From: Vampirovibrio chlorellavorus
GTDB lineage: Bacteria; Cyanobacteriota; Vampirovibrionia; Vampirovibrionales; Vampirovibrionaceae
Reading direction: 5' to 3'
Assembly (NCBI GenBank): GCA_001858525.1
Contig: LAPX01000009.1
Location: forward strand, 3,922-67,921
Length of the DNA stretch: 64,000 nucleotides
The notes below the pieces were generated by a model. That model made no database searches, had not been told where the DNA came from, and was given only the letters and a program-made list of their open reading frames with translations. The position numbers and the translations under genes are program-made. Below, piece by piece: positions 40,633 through 50,327 of this stretch; positions within the stretch are counted from its first letter, which is position 1, and the number at the start of each line of letters is the position of its first letter.

Positions 40633-41151
40633 TTACTGATCTGACTCGATTTCCCCTTCAAATTTGAAGTCAGATGCTTTTAAATTGGATAAGAAATTTT
40701 TAAATGCTTCTGCCTCGGCCTCATCCCGTTCCTGATCGGTGGAAATGGTGCCTTCGGCCATGACGTTGGCGGTGGCAAAAATCTGCACTTTCGCTTTCAA
40801 GGCCAAGGCAATGGCATCCGATGGCCGAGCGTCAATAATGTGCTGCGTCCCATCAGGATGGTTCAGGTAGATACTGGCAAAATAAGTGTCAGAGTTGATG
40901 TCGTTGATTTCAATTTTGGTAATGCTGTAGCCCAGGGTTTCTACAATATTCCCCAGCAAGTCATGGGTCATGGGCCTAGCCGATTTGATATCTTCCAACT
41001 GCCGAATGATGGCACTGGCTTCCGCTGTACCAATCCAGATGGGCAAGGCGCGACGGTTTTCCTGATCATTTAACACCACAATGGGTGTCCCCGTGCGAGT
41101 ATCCAATGCAATACCCATCACATACAATTCTACTAGTGGTAAACTCTCCAA
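40633..41151 (-). CDS. Bifunctional nuclease family protein (BFN/DUF151)
   Basis: 'VVL.D...R.LPIWIG..EA.AI.......RP.THDL' matches the BFN family; acidic C-terminal tail. Confidence 0.7.
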   Translation of the reverse strand: MESLPLVELYVMGIALDTRTGTPIVVLNDQENRRALPIWIGTAEASAIIRQLEDIKSARPMTHDLLGNIVETLGYSITKIEINDINSDTYFASIYLNHPDGTQHIIDARPSDAIALALKAKVQIFATANVMAEGTISTDQERDEAEAEAFKNFLSNLKASDFKFEGEIESDQ

Positions 41152-41248
41152 ATCCTAGTCCTCAACAGAAACGATAAAGCCCCTTTAGTCTATAGGCTTT
41201 ATTATACTGTATATTTACTAAAATTCGGAAGTGTTACGCACGAAACTG

Positions 41249-42373
41249 CTATTTGCCCACCTGGTAGGGGGCTGGTGGCAATGAACCTACTCGATTCAGC
41301 GGCCAAATCCGGAAAACAGCCCGGCCAATGACCCGTTCATCCCGTGCAAATCCCCAATAGCGACTATCCAGACTCTGATTTCGATTATCCCCCATCATGT
41401 AGTACTGACCTGCGGGGATTTTAATGGGACCACAATAAGGCTCCGGTTTAACCAGTGTACAGGTGGCTCCAATTTCATTGACATAGGGCTCATCCAGCTT
41501 TTTGCCGTTCACCCAGACACCTTCTCCAGGGATCACTTCCACCGTATCGCCGGGCAGTCCAACCAGGCGCTTGATGTAAGCCACATCAATGTAGTCATCT
41601 TTTTTGTAAAGCAGGCCCGAAAAACCAGTCCATCGCAGAAACAGGCTGACCGGATCTTTCTTCAGTTGACTCATGGGGGGATAAAAAACCAGAATATCGC
41701 CTCGCTGGTATGGACGCTTCCATCGGGTGACCCGCTCAATCACCAGGCGGTCATTGACTTGTAAGCCAGGCAACATGGATTCGGATGGAATGAGTCGAAG
41801 TTCGCCAATAAAACTTTTAATCACAATCAGGAAAAACAGGACAAAAGCCACCACTTCCATAAGCTCTTTGGCCAGAAACAATGCGGTGTTGCGACCCTGT
41901 TTCTGCCGAACCCGGATCAGGCTGTTGTCGATTTTCTCTGGGGAAATTTGAAATTTTTGGGTGGCCTGCACGAGGACTGGATCGCTGGAAAGGCAAAATG
42001 CTTTCAGCAAATGCTCTACATCCACCAGCACGTTTTTGGTGCCGGTAATCGCGGCATAACTTTTTGCCAGAGACTCGGCAGAGGCCAGCAGACTTTCGTT
42101 TTGGGCAGGAGAAGAGCCTGCAGCGGATTGCTTCAATACTTTGCCAAGTCCGCCGGGTGAAGCGTGCAATTCTTTCAGTAAGCTGTCCAGCCGATTGAAC
42201 GGACGATGGGTCATTAACAGGGCCTGAAAATAAAGGCGCTCGGTGGGCTTGGACAGTCCTGCTTTTTTGGCCAACTTGCTTGCCAGATGGATGGCGTCTT
42301 TCACGTCTTCGGAATAACGAACGGTTTCCAAGTAAAAATCCTCGTGAGGCCCAAAAAACAAGCTGCCACTCAA
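41249..42373 (-). CDS. lepB: Signal peptidase I (S26) fused in-frame to an N-terminal double Clp_N (Clp R) domain
   Basis: C-terminal half: TM segment, 'SESMLP' (SxSMxP) and 'GDNRNQSLDSRYWG'. N-terminal 180 aa: two Clp_N-like repeats ('VDVEHLLKAF...') alignable to the ClpB N-domain in this window. There is no stop codon between them. Confidence 0.65.
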   Translation of the reverse strand: MSGSLFFGPHEDFYLETVRYSEDVKDAIHLASKLAKKAGLSKPTERLYFQALLMTHRPFNRLDSLLKELHASPGGLGKVLKQSAAGSSPAQNESLLASAESLAKSYAAITGTKNVLVDVEHLLKAFCLSSDPVLVQATQKFQISPEKIDNSLIRVRQKQGRNTALFLAKELMEVVAFVLFFLIVIKSFIGELRLIPSESMLPGLQVNDRLVIERVTRWKRPYQRGDILVFYPPMSQLKKDPVSLFLRWTGFSGLLYKKDDYIDVAYIKRLVGLPGDTVEVIPGEGVWVNGKKLDEPYVNEIGATCTLVKPEPYCGPIKIPAGQYYMMGDNRNQSLDSRYWGFARDERVIGRAVFRIWPLNRVGSLPPAPYQVGK

Positions 42374-42400
42374 GTTGGTAGCAGCGTTCTCATTCTAATA

Positions 42401-43924
42401 TCAGTCTGTTGAAATCTCAATGCAATTTCCATCCCGACGACGCGCGGCACTCAGGGCATTTTCCGTAGCCCGAATGAGGGAGGACACCGAGGTATGTCTT
42501 TCGCTTAAAGGCACAACCCCGGCACAGACAGTCAGACTCAAGGTAGTGTCTTGCCACACCATGGATGATTTTTCCACGCGATCCCGAAACCGTTCCAATG
42601 CTACAAACGCTTGCTCTCTGGCGGTTTGTGGCAATAAAACAGCCAGACTTTTACTGCTGTAACGGGCCAGGAAATCAATGCCCCGGAAACTTTCTTCCAG
42701 AATGTGGGAGATATGTTGCAAGGCCTGATCGCCACAAGCATGGCCCCATTCTTCATTCAATTCCCGGAATCGATCCAGACCGTTCATGGCCAAGGCCAAA
42801 TTCTGCTCGTAGCGTTTGGCCGATTTAAACTCTCGTTGCAAGACAGTCATAAAGTGCTTGTGGTTGAACAAGCCGGTCAAACTGTCGGTAATGGCCCACA
42901 TTTGTGCCTGAGAGTACAAATGGCGCAGCTTCATCAACAGGCGTATCTCGTCTTCCACCAGGTGCACGGGGAAAATTTTAGCGTAATCCACCTTTTGCTT
43001 GGCGAAAAAGGCCACTGACCCAATCAGGCCCGCATCCAGATGAAAATCTTTGACATAAACCGTTTCATAATCGGTGGGGGGGGCTTCCTCGTCCAGTTGT
43101 CCGATCACCTGCGATTCCTGCAGTTCCAACTGGGCATCGGTCAAGCCGCGTGCTTTAAAGCGTTCAAAAAAACTTTCCATCAGTTGCTCTATATGAGTAC
43201 TCGGTTGCTTTTCCCCTTCCGGCAAGTGAAATGTCAGAATGCGTGGCCCTTTGTCGGTATCGTTGTAGAAAATGGCCGCCGCATCGTATTCCAAAATACT
43301 TTCCAGCAAGCTGAAAAACATGTAGTTCATCAAATCGGTGTCATGTACCAAATCAGACAAACTACGGAATTCCACCATCAACATGGATTCCACCAAGGAG
43401 GTGTCCAGTATCTGATTCAGGCGGGTGCGGATATTGAATGGATTCTGAGCGTTGTTGGCCTTCAGCAGCAACTTTTCCTGGATATTCATGCGGTCATAAA
43501 TTTCCAGTACCATCTGGGTTTTTTGCAGCAGTTTGGCTTCGACTTCGTCTTTGCCTAAAAAGTCATCGGCTCCGGCCTTCATTCCCCAGAAACGATCCAT
43601 CTTCAGTGCCTGCTCGGCAATTAGCAGGGTGGGGATCTTGCGCATGACCGGATCATTTTTGACCAGTCGGCAAATCTGATAACCATTTAATTCCGGGGTG
43701 GCGCTCCCGGCCAAAATCATGTCCGGAATGAGTCGATAGACTTTCTGGATGCCTTCAGTGCCATCCAGGGCGTAATCGATATCATAACCGTGCTTTTCCA
43801 GCGCCAGACGACAGGCATTGACCACCAATTCGTCCTGATGAATCACCAGAACCAGCGCTTTACCTTGTTGCGCGGGCTGATTTAACTGCTCTGGATTAGT
43901 ATTACTCTCTGAAAACACGTTCAC
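42401..43924 (-). CDS. Response-regulator receiver (REC) domain protein with a degenerate, probably inactive GGDEF domain
   Basis: REC 'LVLVIHQDE...' N-terminus. The GGDEF-domain core 'DSLTGLFNHKHF...' is present, but the signature reads 'RYSSKSLAVLLP' instead of RxGGEEF. Confidence 0.7.
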   Translation of the reverse strand: MNVFSESNTNPEQLNQPAQQGKALVLVIHQDELVVNACRLALEKHGYDIDYALDGTEGIQKVYRLIPDMILAGSATPELNGYQICRLVKNDPVMRKIPTLLIAEQALKMDRFWGMKAGADDFLGKDEVEAKLLQKTQMVLEIYDRMNIQEKLLLKANNAQNPFNIRTRLNQILDTSLVESMLMVEFRSLSDLVHDTDLMNYMFFSLLESILEYDAAAIFYNDTDKGPRILTFHLPEGEKQPSTHIEQLMESFFERFKARGLTDAQLELQESQVIGQLDEEAPPTDYETVYVKDFHLDAGLIGSVAFFAKQKVDYAKIFPVHLVEDEIRLLMKLRHLYSQAQMWAITDSLTGLFNHKHFMTVLQREFKSAKRYEQNLALAMNGLDRFRELNEEWGHACGDQALQHISHILEESFRGIDFLARYSSKSLAVLLPQTAREQAFVALERFRDRVEKSSMVWQDTTLSLTVCAGVVPLSERHTSVSSLIRATENALSAARRRDGNCIEISTD

Positions 43925-44226
43925 GCCGTTTGAAAACTCTAAATCGTATTAGCTATCGTATCCCAATATATCGTTTTTGCGGCTTTATTTGTCGAAATAT
44001 CAAGCAACACTTGAAAACGATTATGGGGAGACGTCAGTTGATAACCCAATATCCCATCTAAATCCCAAACTCCTCTAGCTGATGGAAGCCAAGAAGCCCT
44101 TTATTTTTTTATGATGCCATAAAAGGCACACGCTGCGTACGCAAATTTCAGTTAAACCAAATTCAGGGTTTCAAACCGATTTGGTGGTTTTCCAGGGCAA
44201 AGCGATAGGACGGACCCCAACAGTCA

Positions 44227-46896
44227 ATGGACAGCTTGGACACCCAGCCATTTGAAGAGTACCCGGTGTATGATTCCATACAAGGGCTAGTTTCCGTGGG
44301 GGAGCCTGAGGACGGGTTGAGTCCATTTGCCTCAGGAGCGCCGTCGGCACGACAGGCACCCGTTTCTAAAGCCCGTAATCTGTATGATCAAGGGGTGCTG
44401 TCTAATTTCAAAAAGAATACTGATGAGGCTTTGTCCTGTCTGGAACAAGCCTATGGTCTCTTTTTACAGGAACATCATTACCTGGGGGCCATTGAGTGTC
44501 TGGTGGAGCTGGCTTGGCTGAAGTATAACAGTGGTTCCTCGGATGCTGTGCATAAATCGGCCCGGCTCTTCTCGGAAGCCCTTAAGATGATCAACGTGCA
44601 CATGCACGAGGTCGGCATAAACGAGGTTCGGGCCCGCTTGCTTCACTATCAGGGGTTGGTCAAGTATCGGGAAAAGCGTTTTGGCGAGGCGGTCAAGCAT
44701 TTTATGTACGCCCGCACCTTCTGTCACCCGGATGGCATGGAGTCTGCCCGCATTCTGGATAGTCTAGCCGTTCATTATGAGCATACCAACGATTACTACC
44801 GGGCCATTCAGTGCCTGCAAAAGGCTTTGGAAATAAAGCAACAAGCGGGTTGCGAGTCTGAGCAGGCTGTCAGTTGCCAAATCATTGGTCGGATTTACAT
44901 CCTGCGGGAAGAGTATCCGCAGGCGGAACGATTTTTGAATCAGGCCCTGCAAATTTCAGTGACGCTTCAGGATGCTTATCGTTGCGCTCGGATTAAAAAC
45001 GATTTGGTCAGACTGAGCATTTATCAGGGGCATTTTGAACAAGCGCAAGGCTTGATTGCCCAGCTGGAAGCTGAATGTACGGACAAGCACATGCGAATTC
45101 CCTTTGGGAAGAGCCAGTTTTACAAGGCCTACATTTATTACAGCCAGCTTCGCTTTGGAGAGTCTCAACAATTACTGGAAACCGAGGTGCTGCCCATTTT
45201 TAAACGGCAGCGCTACCGCAAGGGCTTTGCTATGGCCAGCCGGTTATTGGCTTGTTTGCACTATCAGGGTGGGCAAGGGGCTCGTGCCATCGAAGAAATG
45301 AGTGAAGTGATCGCCATCTTTAAAGAAGAGGGTAGTATCACGGAACTGGCCAAGACTTACTTCGAGCTGGGCAAGATTTATTTGTCTTTAAATGAGCCCA
45401 AGCTGGCCTTGGCCAGTATGCTGGAGTCTCTGCGCATTGCCGAAAGCAACGGGCTCAGCTTTATTATCAGCCACATTGAAGATGAAATTTTCCGGCTGGA
45501 TGAGCGGAAATGGCAGGAAATTGTCGAGAAGCGGGCCAATCACGACCGGGTTTTTGAAAAAGATCTCAACCTGATGGATGCCCTGGAGGCTTTGTCAGAG
45601 CAACCGGAACAACCGGCGCAAAACCAGAGCCAAAATCCCAACCAACGGCTGGTTTCGCTGTTGCGGGTTGGGCAGGCCATGTCCGCCGAACGGGATTTGG
45701 AAAAGCTGCTGACCTTGATTAAAAGTGAAACCGAGCAGGCCCTGGATGCGGAGCGCTGTACGGTATTTTTGTACGATCGGGATAATAATGAGCTTTGGTC
45801 TAAAGTGGCTACCGGCCTGGAAACCAGCGAGGAAATCCGTTTTCCGGCCCATTTGGGATTGGCAGGCTATGTGGTCAAAACCGGAGAAGTCCTGAACATC
45901 AAGGATGCCTATGACGATCCCCGGTTTAACCAGGATATCGATAAAAAAACCGGGTATCGCACCCGAAATATTTTGTGTTTGCCCATGCGCAACCGCAAGA
46001 TGGAGATCATTGGGGTTTTTCAGGTTCTGAATAAAAGGGTTTCCCACTTTGATAAGGTGGATGAAGACCTGCTAACGGCTATTTCGACCAATGCCGGGGT
46101 GGCCCTGGAAAACGCCACACTAGCCAAAGAGATGAAAATCTCCTTTGACAGTTTTGTTAAAACGCTCTCCAGCACCATTGACGCCCGAGATCCCATCACG
46201 GCGGGTCATTCCGAGCGGGTGGCCGAGTACTCTGTACTGCTGGGCGAAGAAATGGAAATGCAGCAAGATGAGTTAGAGGCACTCAAGTACGCTTCGCTGC
46301 TGCATGACATCGGCAAAATTGGCATTCAGGAGGATATTCTGAAAAAAGACGGGCGCTTGACCGAGAAAGAGTACCGTCACATCCAGAAGCATGTGTACTA
46401 TACCCACGAGATCCTGAAAAACGTTCACTTTGAGCGCCATTTGCAACTGGTGCCAGAGATCGCCGCCTCTCATCATGAGAAAATGGATGGCAGTGGCTAT
46501 CACCGGGGCCTGCAGGGGCAGGAAATTTTATTGTCCGGGCGGATTTTGGCCATTTCCGATGTCTTTGACGCCATTACTTCCCGCCGGCATTACCGGAACC
46601 GGATGGCCTTCGACAAGGTGCTGACCATTATGAAACGGGATGCCGGAACCCACTTTGATCCAGAGTGTGTGGATGCCTTTTTTAATATCCCCTTGTCCCG
46701 ATTGGGTGTGGTCTTGCTCATGGATCGGGGGAACGGGGTGGATGAGGAGGGCATGATTCTGGTGGATCAGCTGGACTCTGTTATCACCGTCGGAGAGTAT
46801 TACAAATGCCTGAACAAAGAGGCCATGAGTAAAGGGGAAGCGGATGTGCATCGGGTTTTTAGCAACTTGTACCACTTCACCGGAAAAATAGACTAA
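44227..46896 (+). CDS. TPR-repeat, GAF and HD-GYP domain protein (c-di-GMP phosphodiesterase-like; GYP motif reads GYH)
   Basis: TPR-like helical N-terminal half, a central GAF domain, and a C-terminal 'HDIGKIGI...HHEKMDGSGYHRGL' HD-GYP domain. Confidence 0.8.
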   Translation: MDSLDTQPFEEYPVYDSIQGLVSVGEPEDGLSPFASGAPSARQAPVSKARNLYDQGVLSNFKKNTDEALSCLEQAYGLFLQEHHYLGAIECLVELAWLKYNSGSSDAVHKSARLFSEALKMINVHMHEVGINEVRARLLHYQGLVKYREKRFGEAVKHFMYARTFCHPDGMESARILDSLAVHYEHTNDYYRAIQCLQKALEIKQQAGCESEQAVSCQIIGRIYILREEYPQAERFLNQALQISVTLQDAYRCARIKNDLVRLSIYQGHFEQAQGLIAQLEAECTDKHMRIPFGKSQFYKAYIYYSQLRFGESQQLLETEVLPIFKRQRYRKGFAMASRLLACLHYQGGQGARAIEEMSEVIAIFKEEGSITELAKTYFELGKIYLSLNEPKLALASMLESLRIAESNGLSFIISHIEDEIFRLDERKWQEIVEKRANHDRVFEKDLNLMDALEALSEQPEQPAQNQSQNPNQRLVSLLRVGQAMSAERDLEKLLTLIKSETEQALDAERCTVFLYDRDNNELWSKVATGLETSEEIRFPAHLGLAGYVVKTGEVLNIKDAYDDPRFNQDIDKKTGYRTRNILCLPMRNRKMEIIGVFQVLNKRVSHFDKVDEDLLTAISTNAGVALENATLAKEMKISFDSFVKTLSSTIDARDPITAGHSERVAEYSVLLGEEMEMQQDELEALKYASLLHDIGKIGIQEDILKKDGRLTEKEYRHIQKHVYYTHEILKNVHFERHLQLVPEIAASHHEKMDGSGYHRGLQGQEILLSGRILAISDVFDAITSRRHYRNRMAFDKVLTIMKRDAGTHFDPECVDAFFNIPLSRLGVVLLMDRGNGVDEEGMILVDQLDSVITVGEYYKCLNKEAMSKGEADVHRVFSNLYHFTGKID

Positions 46897-47034
46897 AAAT
46901 CATGGCTCCTTCTAACCATCTCCCGGGAAGGCTTCATTTTGAGCGTTTTCAAGGCAAAAATCCGCTGACAGGCTCCCTGGCCTTTGGGCGCAGGTAAATC
47001 AGCGGACTTTTACGCGAAGCGTGTGAATATTGAC

Positions 47035-47286
47035 TTAGGTTGACTTGAACCGTCGGGACTTGTCGTTGGCTGGCGGGGTGTCAAGCGTGTCGGGCTTGTC
47101 TACCACTTGCAAATGCCGTTTGAATTCAACGTAAAAGCCACAGTTCTTGACCTGAACATCACCGTCCAAATGAGCGACCCCTACGGCCAGGGCTTCCAGC
47201 AGCGGACACATGACGCCTTTGAGAAAGTACTCGCAGGAGTAACACTGGTCTTCTTCTTCAATATGGACGTGACCATCGTAGTACAT
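47035..47286 (-). CDS. Hypothetical small Cys-containing protein
   Basis: ORF only; 'CYSCEY...C...C'. Confidence 0.3.
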   Translation of the reverse strand: MYYDGHVHIEEEDQCYSCEYFLKGVMCPLLEALAVGVAHLDGDVQVKNCGFYVEFKRHLQVVDKPDTLDTPPANDKSRRFKST

Positions 47287-47677
47287 GAGTCGTATGACTT
47301 CCTTTAAGTGGGAGTTTGGGTGAATTCCGATCCGGCAAGTGGCCTGCCGAGGGCATCGGGAGGGGTTTTGAAATATGCCTGTATACCTTGCCTTGCCACT
47401 TTAGTTCAAAATGTATACCGACCTTTTTATTATAGCCCCCCACCCTTTATAATTAAAGTGGCAAAGCTGAGCAATTAGACAACAAACACATGAGCTCTGG
47501 GGAAGCCGTGACCCTCAAAAGGATTTCCGTTTTCTTGAAAAAAAATCAGACTTTACATTGCGTTACAATTTGTCTGGGAGTCATCTTTTTGTTACAAACA
47601 GGTTAAGATAAAAAAAGCTGTGTTGGGCGATCGAGGGAATATTTGGCTTTTTTTGACAATCAGAACTTTTTATTTCG

Positions 47678-49354
47678 TTGTCAACACTGCTTTTTGGATA
47701 TAAACACAGGTTTAAGTTGAGGCAATCGAGGGTAGTCCCTGTCATGGATGTAATCAGTTCAGCCGTAAATACCGCATCGGTCTTGTTTCAGGAAAATGGG
47801 GAGGCCATGCAAGAGCAGGTGGAACTGCTTCGCCAGCGGATTCAAACGGCTCGGCTGGGAGGGGGGCAAGCCCTGATTGATAAACACACCCAGCGGGGCA
47901 AGTGGTTTGTGCGAGATCGCATTGAAGCCCTGCTGGATCCGGATACCCCGTTTCTGGAGTTTAGCGCCTTGGCCGCTTATGAGCTGTACGATAATGCCGC
48001 GCCGGGCGCCGGTTTGGTTACCGGCATTGGGCGAGTCCATGGCGTGGAATGCCTGATTGTGGCCAATGACGCCACCGTCAAAGGGGGCACTTATTTCCCC
48101 ATGACCGTAAAAAAGCACCTGCGGGCTCAGGAAATCGCCCAGGAGAATGGGCTGCCTTGTATTTATTTAGTGGATTCCGGCGGGGCCTTTTTGCCCATGC
48201 AGGATGAGGTCTTTCCGGATAAAGACCACTTCGGGCGTATTTTCTACAATCAGGCCCAAATGTCGGCGCAAGGGCTTCCCCAGATTGCCGTGGTCATGGG
48301 TTCTTGCACGGCCGGTGGGGCTTATATCCCCGCCATGTGCGATGAAAGTATCATCGTCAAGGGCCAAGGCACCATATTTCTGGGCGGACCACCCTTGGTG
48401 AAGGCGGCTACCGGAGAGGAAGTTTCTGCCGAGGATTTGGGCGGGGCGGATGTGCATTGCCGCACGTCGGGCGTGACCGATCACTACGCCCTGAATGATG
48501 AGGACGCTATTGGCATCACCCGCAACATTGTGCAGAATTTAAACCGGCGGCCCCAAGCCCGCTTGAATCAGGACCCGCCCGAAGCGCCCTTGTACGATCC
48601 GGCGGAAATTTACGGCATCATTAATAAAGATATTCGCAAACCGTATGATGTACGCGAAATCATTGCCCGGTTGGTGGATGGCAGCCGCTTCCACGAGTTC
48701 AAGGCCTTGTACGGGACTACTCTGGTGTGTGGCTTTGCCCGCATTCTGGGTTATCCGGTGGGCATTATCGCCAACAATGGGGTGCTATTTTCGGAAAGCG
48801 CCCTGAAGGCCGCTCACTTTGTGGAATTGTGCAATCAGCGGGGCATTCCCCTGGTCTTTTTGCAGAACATCACCGGCTTTATGGTGGGCCGTCAGTATGA
48901 GGCAGGCGGTATCGCCCGGGATGGGGCCAAAATGGTGATGGCCGTTTCCAACGCCTCGGTACCCAAGTTCACCGTGATCATCGGTGGCTCTTACGGGGCG
49001 GGCAATTACGGCATGTGTGGCCGGGCCTTTGGGGCCAGACAAGTGTGGATGTGGCCCAACGCCCGTATTTCGGTTATGGGCGGAGAGCAAGCGGCCAATG
49101 TGCTGCTCACGGTCAAGAAAGATCAGTTGGCCACCCAGGGCAAACCGGCCATGAGCTCTGATGACGAGGAAGCCTTCAAGGCCCCTACGCTGGAAAAGTA
49201 CGCCCGGGAAAGCAGCGCCTACTACAGTACGGCCCGGCTGTGGGATGACGGCATTATTGACCCGGTGGATACCCGTATGGTCTTGGGTCTGGGCATTGCC
49301 GCTGCTTTAAACGCGCCTTTCCCGGAACGCCAGCAAGGCGTATTCCGCTTTTAG
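47678..49354 (+). CDS. mccB: Methylcrotonyl-CoA carboxylase carboxyltransferase (beta) subunit
   Basis: Carboxyl-transferase domains resembling PCCB/MccB; placed in a leucine-catabolism cluster. Confidence 0.85.
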   Translation: MSTLLFGYKHRFKLRQSRVVPVMDVISSAVNTASVLFQENGEAMQEQVELLRQRIQTARLGGGQALIDKHTQRGKWFVRDRIEALLDPDTPFLEFSALAAYELYDNAAPGAGLVTGIGRVHGVECLIVANDATVKGGTYFPMTVKKHLRAQEIAQENGLPCIYLVDSGGAFLPMQDEVFPDKDHFGRIFYNQAQMSAQGLPQIAVVMGSCTAGGAYIPAMCDESIIVKGQGTIFLGGPPLVKAATGEEVSAEDLGGADVHCRTSGVTDHYALNDEDAIGITRNIVQNLNRRPQARLNQDPPEAPLYDPAEIYGIINKDIRKPYDVREIIARLVDGSRFHEFKALYGTTLVCGFARILGYPVGIIANNGVLFSESALKAAHFVELCNQRGIPLVFLQNITGFMVGRQYEAGGIARDGAKMVMAVSNASVPKFTVIIGGSYGAGNYGMCGRAFGARQVWMWPNARISVMGGEQAANVLLTVKKDQLATQGKPAMSSDDEEAFKAPTLEKYARESSAYYSTARLWDDGIIDPVDTRMVLGLGIAAALNAPFPERQQGVFRF

Positions 49355-49377
49355 GCGGTTTTAGACAGTGTACAGGT

Positions 49378-50277
49378 TTGGGTCTTGCTGGTACGCTAGT
49401 GCATGCCAGCCAATTTACAGGCACACAACATCAATTGGCAGAGGAGAGGGACACAGGCGTGGGAGATTTCGTCCAGATTGCGGTAGAAGAGAAACCAACC
49501 GGGGCCATTGCCACCGTTACTCTGGGGCGGCCGGAACTGCACAACGCCTTTAACGCCCAGATGATCGCCGAGCTGCGAGAGGCCTTTGTGGGTTTCGGCA
49601 AAAATTCTCCGGTGCGGGCCATTGTGCTGCAGGGCGAGGGCAAGTCATTCTGTGCCGGGGCCGATCTCAACTGGATGCGGCAGATGGTGGACTTCAGTTT
49701 TACCCAAAATGTGGAGGATGCCCATGCCCTGGCCAGTATGTTCCGGGCCATTCAGCATTGCCCCAAGCCGGTGATTGCCCGGGTACATGGGGCGGCCTTT
49801 GGCGGCGGGGTGGGTTTGGTAGCCGCTTGTGATATGGCCTTTGCCACCGAATCCGCCAGCTTTTGCCTAAGTGAGGTGAAGCTGGGCTTGCTGCCTGCCG
49901 TGATTTCCCCGTTTGTGTTGAAGAAGATTGGGGAAGCGGAAGCTCGTCGTTACTTTTTAACCGCCGAGAAATTTACAGCCGCCGAGGCCCATCGCATTGG
50001 CCTGATTTCCGAGGTTTTGCCCGATGAAGCGACCTTGGATGGTCGCATTGAGGATATTGCAAAGGCCTTGTGCGCCAACGGGCCGGAGGCCATTGCCCAA
50101 AGTAAGGTGTTGATTGAACAGGTCTGCCACTTTGATTGGGAACGGGCCGTGGACATTACCACCAAGCTGATTGCAGAGCGTCGCATTTCCGCCGAAGGGC
50201 AAGAGGGCATGCAGGCCTTTCTGGAAAAACGCAGTCCGGCCTGGATGCAGAGAGAACAGCCAGAACATACAAAGTAA
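49378..50277 (+). CDS. liuC: Enoyl-CoA hydratase family (methylglutaconyl-CoA hydratase LiuC-like)
   Basis: Crotonase fold ('GRPELHNAF...ALQGEGKSFCAGADL'); sits between the mcc subunits. Confidence 0.75.
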   Translation: MGLAGTLVHASQFTGTQHQLAEERDTGVGDFVQIAVEEKPTGAIATVTLGRPELHNAFNAQMIAELREAFVGFGKNSPVRAIVLQGEGKSFCAGADLNWMRQMVDFSFTQNVEDAHALASMFRAIQHCPKPVIARVHGAAFGGGVGLVAACDMAFATESASFCLSEVKLGLLPAVISPFVLKKIGEAEARRYFLTAEKFTAAEAHRIGLISEVLPDEATLDGRIEDIAKALCANGPEAIAQSKVLIEQVCHFDWERAVDITTKLIAERRISAEGQEGMQAFLEKRSPAWMQREQPEHTK

Positions 50278-50327
50278 ACCGAACAATTTTAGTCATTTTT
50301 TCAGTCAAATAGTAGAGCGAGGGCACG

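Noticed and set aside
47287-47740. Cyanobacterial HIP1 (GCGATCGC) signal suggested by GCGATCGAGGG
   Set aside because: The exact HIP1 octamer is not enriched in the window, so this gives no taxonomic support.
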